A stretch of DNA of 19,467 nucleotides from NCBI GenBank assembly GCA_051382295.1, contig JBBCAW010000025.1, positions 1 through 19,467 of the forward strand. The letters run 5' to 3'. A model generated the notes under the pieces. It saw only the letters and a program-made list of their open reading frames with translations. It was not told the origin of the DNA and did not search any database. Made by a program: the position numbers and the translations under genes. This document shows positions 8,620 to 16,140 of the stretch, piece by piece. Every line of letters starts with the position of its first letter. Position 1 is the stretch's first letter. This DNA comes from Bdellovibrionota bacterium FG-1. Its GTDB lineage: Bacteria; Bdellovibrionota; UBA1018.

Positions 8620-8627
8620 AGTGAAAG

Positions 8628-10070
8628 ATGACCATTCCAAGGACCCTTTGGGGTCGCCAAAAAGAATTCAAGCGACTGAGTAAGCTCACAGAAAAAGAGA
8701 CCTCAAGTTTAGCCGTCCTGATGGGGCGACGGCGAATCGGAAAAAGCACTCTTGCAAAAACATTCGGCGAAACCTTTCGCAAACGGTATTTTTTTGAGGG
8801 GCTGGCGCCCCATGACAAGCAGACCAACAGTGGTCAGTTGGATCATTTTGCGCGCCAACTTTCGCAGCAGACGCAGACGCCTGGCTTTCATTTCAAGGAT
8901 TGGGACGAGGCGTTTGAAGCGCTCGCGCAACACTGTAAGAGGGGCCCTGCCTTTGTTCTATTTGATGAAATTTCTTGGATGGGGGCGCACGATCCAGAGT
9001 TTTGCGGAAAACTAAAGTTCATTTGGGATCAAAGTCTAAAATCTAATCCAAAACTCATTCTGGTCTTATGCGGTTCGGTCTCCGCATGGATCCAAAAAAA
9101 CATTCTCAACTCAAGCGACTTTGTGGGCCGCGTCTCCTTGCAGATGAACCTACAAGAGCTTCCGCTTTCAAGTGTCCTTAAGTTTACCGGACGGCATCAA
9201 GTCCCGACCTCTGAGCTATTAAGAATCTTGTGTGTAACGGGCTGCATACCGAAGTATTTGGAGGAAGTTCGTTACCAAGCCTCGGCGCAAGAGGAGATTC
9301 AAAGACTGTGCTTTTCCGAAGACGGTTTTTTGTTTAATGAATTCGATAAGATTTTTCGCGATATCTTTCAAAAAAGGGTTCTGTCCTTTCGAAAGGTTGT
9401 CGCGCTTCTTGTTGAGAGACGGCTCTCGGGGCGCGATATCGCCAAAGGCCTCGGTCAGACGCTCAATAGTGACATCTCTGAGATGTTGCGAGTCTTAGTC
9501 CTATCAGGGTTTTTGGCACGAGATTATGTGCACTGCGAAGACGGAACAAGGTCCAAGAAAAGCACTTATCGCCTGAAAGACAATTACCTTCGCTTCTACC
9601 TCAAATATATCGAACCACTATCGGAGACGATCCAGCAGGACGACGAACTTCTGAGTTGGAGTTCAATTGAGAAGCGGATAAACGGGATATTGGGGCTTCA
9701 ATTTGAAAACCTGGTGCTTAACCACTTGTCGGAGGTCCTTAAGGCGCTGCAAATTCCGTCTTCATTGGTTGTTTCGGCCTCGCCCTATTTTCAAAGGGCG
9801 ACCGCCAAGAACAAAGGGGCCACGCAGGTAGACCTCTTAATCCAGTGCCGCAATGATCTTTGGTATCTTTGTGAGATTAAGTTTCAGAAAAAAATACCGA
9901 GTAAGGTCATCGCCGAGGTTCAAAATAAGCTCCACCTCATTAAAAAACCTAAAAAAATTATGTTGAGGACTGCTTTGATTTATTACGGCGAACTGAGTCC
10001 AGAGGTTGGGGCGTTTTTTGATCGGTGCCTGAGTTTTGAGAAACTGCTGGTCTCGGAGGACGATAAATGA
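8628..10070 (+). CDS. Archaeal-type (ATPase_2-like) P-loop ATPase with probable winged HTH and C-terminal PD-(D/E)xK-like (DUF234-type) domain
   Basis: GRQKE, Walker A GRRRIGKS, Walker B FVLFDEISW, LVLCGS, GCIPKYLEE, YRLKDNYLRFY, QVDLLI...LCEIKF. SD GGGGAG. Confidence 0.9.
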   Translation: MTIPRTLWGRQKEFKRLSKLTEKETSSLAVLMGRRRIGKSTLAKTFGETFRKRYFFEGLAPHDKQTNSGQLDHFARQLSQQTQTPGFHFKDWDEAFEALAQHCKRGPAFVLFDEISWMGAHDPEFCGKLKFIWDQSLKSNPKLILVLCGSVSAWIQKNILNSSDFVGRVSLQMNLQELPLSSVLKFTGRHQVPTSELLRILCVTGCIPKYLEEVRYQASAQEEIQRLCFSEDGFLFNEFDKIFRDIFQKRVLSFRKVVALLVERRLSGRDIAKGLGQTLNSDISEMLRVLVLSGFLARDYVHCEDGTRSKKSTYRLKDNYLRFYLKYIEPLSETIQQDDELLSWSSIEKRINGILGLQFENLVLNHLSEVLKALQIPSSLVVSASPYFQRATAKNKGATQVDLLIQCRNDLWYLCEIKFQKKIPSKVIAEVQNKLHLIKKPKKIMLRTALIYYGELSPEVGAFFDRCLSFEKLLVSEDDK

Positions 10071-10115
10071 GTTGCGAAGGGCGTTTGCCCGCCAGGGTAT
10101 TTTTTGTAATAAACA

Positions 10116-11291
10116 TCATTCGCTGGTCGGAAGCAGGCGGCCTAAATTGCCGCCGTGATCAGTCACCCCGCGATGCAAGGTGAGGCGTCCGCCCTCTTTT
10201 TTTCCGGCCGCATAAGCGGTGTCGTCAATGTATTGGCCCGCGCCGCCGCGGGTTTGGAGTCTTGGAAAAACAACATCCATATAATGGGCAAGCCCCTGAT
10301 CGGATTTCAAGATCGTCAGGGCGTTCCCAATCGTAGTGAGTTGAGTGCCTTCTCCTGACCCCTTTTGCTGTTCGTATTGTTTGAGATGATTGGCGTCAGA
10401 TTCTTCGAGTTTATCGTGAAACCCTTGCAAGATTCCTAGCCGATAGGATTTTGCGGCGACCCGAGAAAGTGGGCCTCGCTGTTTCTTTATCGTGTTGACC
10501 AAACATTCGGTTTGGTTGAGTAAAAAATAATAAACGTATTCCGCCATCAGGACGTTTTCACGCGTGCCGATGAGTTGAAAAGCTTGGTATTCCTCGCCGG
10601 TCAGGGAATCAAATTCCTTGCAAAAAATCACCCTGACAAAAAAATGGCCCACTAAGATTCCACAGATTTTGGATTGATGGGCTTCGATGCGCTTTTTCCC
10701 GTGGCAGACAATGAGATGCACCTTGGGCTTTTTTTCGCCCCGATTGCCCTGACGAACGTATTCATCCAGGTTATGGCGCGCATAAATTTCCCTGACTTTT
10801 TCCATCGCAAGCAACGCTTCATGCTCGTTACTTGAGGTGGCAAGCGCAAGCAGCTTTTGCACTTTGCTCAAAAGTTTCTCCATCGGTTCATCTTGTTTGT
10901 GGGTTTTCCAATCCAGGGACGTTTCTTGAAGTGAGGCGGAAGCGCCGGAGAATTCGTCCGGCACTCCCAGCAAACGGCAGCACTTCCGGAAAAGGTCATC
11001 ATGGAGATGTGAGTCGCACCCATAGATCTCCGTTACGCATTGATGGGCCATTTCGTGTCGCAAGATCGATTCAACGCAAAACCAGGAGTGTTCTTGGATC
11101 AGTCTCCGCGAAATGAAGATGGTGCGTGTCTCGGCGTCCCACTTTCCCCAATACTTTTCTGAATCAAAAAGATTGATCACAGCTCGTTTGAGCGGAACTT
11201 TATGAGCCCAAAGCAAGTGTTCTTGTTCTTCGTAGAGCCGCTGAATGATTAATTGATCAAAGTGGTCGTTGGAAAAAAAAGGACGTCCCAT
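10116..11291 (-). CDS. SprT-like zinc metalloprotease fused to DUF2786 domain
   Basis: WGKW...I.IS, ILRHEMAHQ (HExxH) followed by H...F. KVQKLLALATSSNEHEA is the DUF2786 signature. C-terminal AEYVY.FL and SYRLG motifs. Confidence 0.85.
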   Translation of the reverse strand: MGRPFFSNDHFDQLIIQRLYEEQEHLLWAHKVPLKRAVINLFDSEKYWGKWDAETRTIFISRRLIQEHSWFCVESILRHEMAHQCVTEIYGCDSHLHDDLFRKCCRLLGVPDEFSGASASLQETSLDWKTHKQDEPMEKLLSKVQKLLALATSSNEHEALLAMEKVREIYARHNLDEYVRQGNRGEKKPKVHLIVCHGKKRIEAHQSKICGILVGHFFVRVIFCKEFDSLTGEEYQAFQLIGTRENVLMAEYVYYFLLNQTECLVNTIKKQRGPLSRVAAKSYRLGILQGFHDKLEESDANHLKQYEQQKGSGEGTQLTTIGNALTILKSDQGLAHYMDVVFPRLQTRGGAGQYIDDTAYAAGKKEGGRLTLHRGVTDHGGNLGRLLPTSE

Positions 11292-11580
11292 AGGGAAGGT
11301 GAAATAGCAGGTCTCTCACTTCGGGAGCAAGGGCCGATTCGAAAAAAAAATTTTCAGTTTTTAACTTTATTGCCGCAGAATAGAAGTCATGACATCCTTC
11401 CGTGCATCAACGTGGCGGACGCCGACGTACCTTCGAATTATCTTTGCACCACCGCGAGCGGAACCGTGTTTGGCATTGATCCCAAGGCGACGATCGGGGC
11501 TACGGTCAGTACAAAGATGCGTGGGATGCAGTCGTCTTCTGGGGTGGTGACTTTAATTCGGGCCCTTTAAAACACCTCGA

Positions 11581-11629
11581 TTGACTTGTAGCCAGAGTGG
11601 CTATATTCTATGGCTATGAGTGGCTACAA
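11581..11629 (+). promoter_or_regulatory. Toxin-antitoxin promoter TTGACT-17-TATTCT with TAGCCA-N3-TGGCTA operator and extra TGGCTA half-sites
   Basis: -35 at 11581-11586, -10 at 11604-11609. Inverted repeat at 11589-11603; further TGGCTA at 11611 and 11621. Confidence 0.75.
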
Positions 11630-11909
11630 ACGTCAATCCGTGGGAATCAAAGAACTCAAGGACCATGCCTCGGAGATTATTGCGACGGTGCAACGAACCG
11701 GTCGAGCCATTTCGATCACGAAGAGCAGTCATGAAGTCGCTAGAATAGTGCCGATCTCAGTGGACCCTTACGAGCGACTTGTTGCGTCTGGGCTGGTCAA
11801 ACCGGGCCAAAAGCCTCGTCCGCTTTCTGAGTTGCGACTCAAGGTCCTTGCTTCGGATTCGTCGGATGCCATTCGCGCTATTTTACAAGATCGCGAAGAA
11901 CATGAATGA
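11616..11909 (+). CDS. Phd/YefM-family antitoxin
   Basis: VGIKELKDHASEII..V......I.IT....VARIVP pattern. Overlaps the toxin by ATGA. ATG 11616 preferred over 11610, which abuts the -10. Confidence 0.88.
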   Translation: MSGYKRQSVGIKELKDHASEIIATVQRTGRAISITKSSHEVARIVPISVDPYERLVASGLVKPGQKPRPLSELRLKVLASDSSDAIRAILQDREEHE

Positions 11910-12343
11910 CGCTTGTTTATTTGGATTCATCCATTCTCGTCTCAATTGCACTCGGTGACCCAAGAGGTGCACAGGCTCTGGCTATCATCGGTTTGCGCGA
12001 TGCCTTCACGAGTGAACTTTCTGCAGTTGAATGCCAGGCCGGACTTTCGTTTCAGTACGCGACCGCTCCGAGTGGCCTTTCCGCTGCCGAGCAGGCGCTC
12101 AATGCGGTTTTGAGTCGTCTGCAGCTTCTTCAGCTCACCCCGGGCGTTCTTGGGCAGGCGCGTACACTGGTGCGCCGCCATCGTTCTGGGCTTGGGCTAC
12201 GGACTCTCGATGCGCTTCATGTGGCTTCTGCAGGCGAGGTTCAAGCGCTGCTCGGGACTGGCGTGATCGAATATCTCACGGGGGACCGAAGACAACATGG
12301 GGCTTTTACGGCCGAGGGATTCACTGGAACCTTGATTGTTTAA
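11906..12343 (+). CDS. vapC: PIN-domain toxin (VapC family)
   Basis: VYLDSSIL, SELSAVE, LRTLDALHVASA and LTGDRRQ carry the acidic PIN residues; translationally coupled to the antitoxin. Confidence 0.88.
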   Translation: MTLVYLDSSILVSIALGDPRGAQALAIIGLRDAFTSELSAVECQAGLSFQYATAPSGLSAAEQALNAVLSRLQLLQLTPGVLGQARTLVRRHRSGLGLRTLDALHVASAGEVQALLGTGVIEYLTGDRRQHGAFTAEGFTGTLIV

Positions 12344-12382
12344 AAAAAACGGCCCGCCCCCGGAAGGGAGCATGCCGTTTTT
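12342..12382. terminator. Bidirectional intrinsic terminator between convergent vapC and lipoprotein genes
   Basis: A8-CGGC...CCC GGAA GGG...GCCG-T5 hairpin with A and T tails on either side. Confidence 0.7.
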
Positions 12383-12408
12383 AATACAGACGATGGAAGG
12401 CTCAGGCC

Positions 12409-13722
12409 TTACGGGTAGCAAACCCCAGTGGTTGCAGTGAGCTGGTTGGCTGTCGTGTACTGCGTACCCGAAACAGCGGCATCCAACTGAGCGGAAGTGA
12501 TGCTTCCCAGTTTGAGCTGATAAAGAGAATCATCGTTCATAGCAGCGCGACTAGTTTTGCCAAAGGCCGTCCAGCACTCCGACTCATCCACGTAAACACT
12601 ATTTGGAAGATCAGCAGAAAGCTTCATACACCAATCTTTATTGGCATTCTGCGATAGGGGTGTGCTCACGTTAAAGCCCGCATCCCCTGGACGAAACAGC
12701 CAGCTTTGCATCCAAATATAAGTGCCATTGGAACGAAGGCGGGTGGTGAACTTTTCGTTGGTGCCGGTTAAATACTCAAGAACCTGGATGGCTTCGAAGG
12801 CACCGGTTCCAGCAGCTCCTTCGGTAGCCGAAAGATTACCGGTATAAGCCATGAACCCTTGCTGATTGCCGGCAATACTACTGGTCGCGTAGTGAAAAAA
12901 CTGATTAGTCGTGCGATCCAAATAAACGGTTTCCACAGAAGGGGCGTAAACATTAGACCCAGAGGTAGAAGTCGCCTTTTGGGTTAACATGTATTGGCCG
13001 GTATTTCCCGTCACGGTTTTATTCACGCCGTACCAAGAAATATTGTTTCCATCCAGAAATGATCCTTGAACTTTGAGTTTAGTGCTATCTGGCAATCCCC
13101 AGCTACTCGCCCAGGGAATCGCTTTGCTGATATCGATAGCGGAACCAGCCGAAGCGACACATTTATCGATGTCAGCGCCGTGCGACATGAGCGTGTACTC
13201 AAATAAGCACGCTTTTCCAACCACGGAGCCCCCTGCGGTTGCGGTCGTAACGCCATCTTTGGTTCGGCAAATATCTGGAGTCGCGATCGAGGCTGGACGT
13301 TTGTAATAATTCCAAAGATCCACGGACGTCGAGGGATGGATTTTGAAGCAAGAACCCCCACTGATGTCAGTGGCCGAACAAGGAAGCGTGGCCGCCGTCG
13401 CTGCAAAATCACTCGTTCCGCTGGCGTACTGAAGATCCCACACCAACCAAAGCACACTCCCAGTATTTGGAAATGGCGTATAAGTTGTGCCGCCAATGGC
13501 TTGGTTAAAGTCAATGCCAGTCAGGCCCTGAACCGATTGAAAAGTACTCATTAAACTGCTGGCAACCGCCCCACCCGTCTTAAATCCCGCAGGCAGACTT
13601 GAAGTGAGTGCGCTCGTCACATTGGGGACATTACCGCTTCCAAAAGTCGTAGCCGCATCCTTGCCGCATCCTGCGCTGAGGGCCGCGAGCCCGAGCACGA
13701 TCAAACCGATAGACTGTTTCAT
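12409..13722 (-). CDS. Hypothetical lipoprotein, Thr/Ser/Gly-rich, 8 further cysteines
   Basis: SD AAGGAG, MKQSIGLIVLGLAALSAG-C19 lipobox, 437 aa. Confidence 0.82.
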   Translation of the reverse strand: MKQSIGLIVLGLAALSAGCGKDAATTFGSGNVPNVTSALTSSLPAGFKTGGAVASSLMSTFQSVQGLTGIDFNQAIGGTTYTPFPNTGSVLWLVWDLQYASGTSDFAATAATLPCSATDISGGSCFKIHPSTSVDLWNYYKRPASIATPDICRTKDGVTTATAGGSVVGKACLFEYTLMSHGADIDKCVASAGSAIDISKAIPWASSWGLPDSTKLKVQGSFLDGNNISWYGVNKTVTGNTGQYMLTQKATSTSGSNVYAPSVETVYLDRTTNQFFHYATSSIAGNQQGFMAYTGNLSATEGAAGTGAFEAIQVLEYLTGTNEKFTTRLRSNGTYIWMQSWLFRPGDAGFNVSTPLSQNANKDWCMKLSADLPNSVYVDESECWTAFGKTSRAAMNDDSLYQLKLGSITSAQLDAAVSGTQYTTANQLTATTGVCYP

Positions 13723-13795
13723 AATCACTCTCCTTGTGATTGATATTGTTGAGGCCAATGTTCCCAGAGTTTTCCGGTTGTGTAAACATATAAAT

Positions 13796-15541
13796 TCACT
13801 TATCGATTCGCAAATACTTGTATCGTCCTAAATCAAAACTATTGCGTTTGAAATTCTTCAGCCAGGGCTGAAATAGGTCATAAATAATTCGGTGCGATCC
13901 AAAAATGCAGGGGACATCCTCAATCAGGATCTGGACCAGCTGTTTGTAAATGGCTGTTCGTGCCGGCGAGGCCGAGAGCGTCAGAGACTTCTCAAAAAGT
14001 TTGTCGAACTCAGGGCTCGCATAGCTCCCGTCGTTAGGGCCGGGAGGGCCATTTTTGCTATAAAAAAGTTGAAAGAAATTTTCGGCATCCGGATAATCAC
14101 CCGTCCATGCACCCCCGGCAAAAACTTGACCCCGCCGGTTTTTGATTGCCGCATTATATTCGGGCCAAGAGTAGGTGTTGATCTTCAGCTTGATCCCGAG
14201 TTGGCTAAATTGTTTTTGATCATACTCTGTCCATTGCCGGCTTAAGCTATCGGCAAGGGTCACGTACTCAAGCGGAGGTAGGTCTTTTCCGCCAGGGTAA
14301 CCCGCTTTGGCCAAAAGCTCTTTAGCCTTGGTAACATTGACCTGGCGATAAGGATTTTGCAGTTTTTCATCATACCCTTCAATTCCCGGAGGAATGGGGC
14401 CTTGAGCGGGCAAAGCGCGGCCATTATAAAAAATTCGAATGGCACTGGGTGAATCATAAGCGAGACTCAGAGCCTGGCGAAGGAGTTTGTTTTTGCCGAG
14501 TAATGGATCCGCCATATTAAAAACGTACCGGGTAAATTCGGGTGCCGCGGTTTTGGTTAACACCAGCGACTTGGCCTTCATCTCAGGTTTGAGTCCGCCT
14601 GCGGCATCGATGACTTGATCAAAATTGTCCTTGGGGATTTCCGAAAAGTCCAATTTACCTGAGAGAAAACTCAGCCACATCGGCTGCCTTTCCTCAAAAA
14701 TCTGGGTGACAATTTTATCCAAAAACGGAAGGGGTTTGCCGGCGTCATGCAGGAGACCCGCTTCTTGGTCTCCGGGGGCCCCTTCGGAGGGGTAGAGAAC
14801 CCTGCGAAAAGTCGGATTGCGAAGCCATACTATTTTGGAAGCCCCATTAAATTCCTGAAGCCGAAAAGGCCCAGTCCCCACGGCATGGTTGAGAAATTCC
14901 CGACCATAAAAATCGACCGCCTCTTTTGCGACGACAAAAGAAAACTGCTGCGCGAGGTGAAATAAAAACTGCGCCGAAGGCTTGATGAGCTTGATCTGCA
15001 ACGTGTACCGATCGAGCGCTTTGAACCCTTCTACTGGCTTAGAATAATCTGCGGCGTCTGTTTTGACTCCAGCCTCCCGCCACTCATTGAGACCTACGAT
15101 TTGACCGTCAAAAATCCACCATCCCGTGGACGATGTTTTGCTGTCCGCGATGCGCTTCCAGGAGTAAATAAAGTCGTCCGCGGTCAGTTCACGACCTTTG
15201 CCTTGAGTCTCTTTGAAGCAAGGGTCATCTTGGAACAAAACTCCGCTTTTAAGACGGACGGTATAGGTCTTTCCATCCGCGCTGACTTGGGGCATGGCCA
15301 CGGCCAGATTGGGTTCGAGCACAAAGGGGCGTTTCAGGTAGCTATACTGAAGCAATCCCTCGTAGGTCAGGCTGATTTGCTGACCTGAGTAAAGATCATC
15401 GGCAAAGGCCGGATCCAATCCCTTGATCTTAGCGCTGATCGGCTGATGAAGGGTGTTGGGGATCTCGTTTTTTGCTTTGTGACAACCATTTGCGCTCAAA
15501 AACAAAAGGAGAGCTAAGGCCAACGCTGAGATTTTGTGCAT
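13796..15541 (-). CDS. ABC transporter family-5 (OppA/DppA-like) substrate-binding lipoprotein
   Basis: Lipobox-like ANG-C20. Motifs LDPA, YEGL, PNLA..MP.VS.DGKTYT, TADDF.YSW.R, VGTGPF, LRQALS, W..DYPD. Confidence 0.92.
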   Translation of the reverse strand: MHKISALALALLLFLSANGCHKAKNEIPNTLHQPISAKIKGLDPAFADDLYSGQQISLTYEGLLQYSYLKRPFVLEPNLAVAMPQVSADGKTYTVRLKSGVLFQDDPCFKETQGKGRELTADDFIYSWKRIADSKTSSTGWWIFDGQIVGLNEWREAGVKTDAADYSKPVEGFKALDRYTLQIKLIKPSAQFLFHLAQQFSFVVAKEAVDFYGREFLNHAVGTGPFRLQEFNGASKIVWLRNPTFRRVLYPSEGAPGDQEAGLLHDAGKPLPFLDKIVTQIFEERQPMWLSFLSGKLDFSEIPKDNFDQVIDAAGGLKPEMKAKSLVLTKTAAPEFTRYVFNMADPLLGKNKLLRQALSLAYDSPSAIRIFYNGRALPAQGPIPPGIEGYDEKLQNPYRQVNVTKAKELLAKAGYPGGKDLPPLEYVTLADSLSRQWTEYDQKQFSQLGIKLKINTYSWPEYNAAIKNRRGQVFAGGAWTGDYPDAENFFQLFYSKNGPPGPNDGSYASPEFDKLFEKSLTLSASPARTAIYKQLVQILIEDVPCIFGSHRIIYDLFQPWLKNFKRNSFDLGRYKYLRIDK

Positions 15542-15611
15542 CAGATAGTTTCCCCTCAAATTGGAACAAAATCCAAGACTTTTGATGCGAGATGGACTAA
15601 GAATTTAAAGA

Positions 15612-16133
15612 ATGATGGGGAAAAGTCTTCTTTTGCTGGGGTGGGTGTTTCTAGTTTTTGTTTGTATGGCGCTTACCCCGGGTGATTCGGCGCCTGATTT
15701 TTCCGTGATGAATCAAGACGGTAAAGTGATTCACCTTTCAGATTATAAAGGGAAGCCGGTGATTCTCTATTTCTACCCCAAAGATGACACTCCGGGTTGT
15801 ACCCGTGAGGCCTGTGCTTTTCGCGATCAATACAAGCGATTTTCTGATGCCGGCGCGGTCATTCTGGGCGTTTCGACGCAAGACCAAAAGAGTCATCGCG
15901 CTTTTCGAGCCAAGCATCATCTCCCTTTTGACCTGTTAACGGACCCGCAGGGAAAGCTTGCCGAGATCTATGGCATTAAAAAAATGCCCGTGATCAGGCT
16001 TTTCATGCGTCAGACGGTTTTGATTGCGGGAAATGGAAAGATCATTCGGGTTTATCCGGATGTGGATCCCTCGAAGCACGCAGATGAGCTGATGAAGGAC
16101 CTTGAAGACTACGCGGTGCACGCCGGAAAATAG
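15612..16133 (+). CDS. bcp: BCP/PrxQ peroxiredoxin with hydrophobic N-terminal leader
   Basis: GD.APDF and LYFYPKDDTPGCTREACAFRD (PxxxTxxC plus resolving Cys five residues on). Confidence 0.92.
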   Translation: MMGKSLLLLGWVFLVFVCMALTPGDSAPDFSVMNQDGKVIHLSDYKGKPVILYFYPKDDTPGCTREACAFRDQYKRFSDAGAVILGVSTQDQKSHRAFRAKHHLPFDLLTDPQGKLAEIYGIKKMPVIRLFMRQTVLIAGNGKIIRVYPDVDPSKHADELMKDLEDYAVHAGK

Positions 16134-16140
16134 GATTGCT

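Noticed and set aside
10075..10110. Terminator between the ATPase and SprT genes
   Set aside because: Only a 4-bp stem (GGGC-GTTT-GCCC), separated from the T run; too weak to call.
8526..10115. IS or transposon carrying the ATPase gene
   Set aside because: No transposase, and no matching box or target-site duplication seen downstream of the gene.
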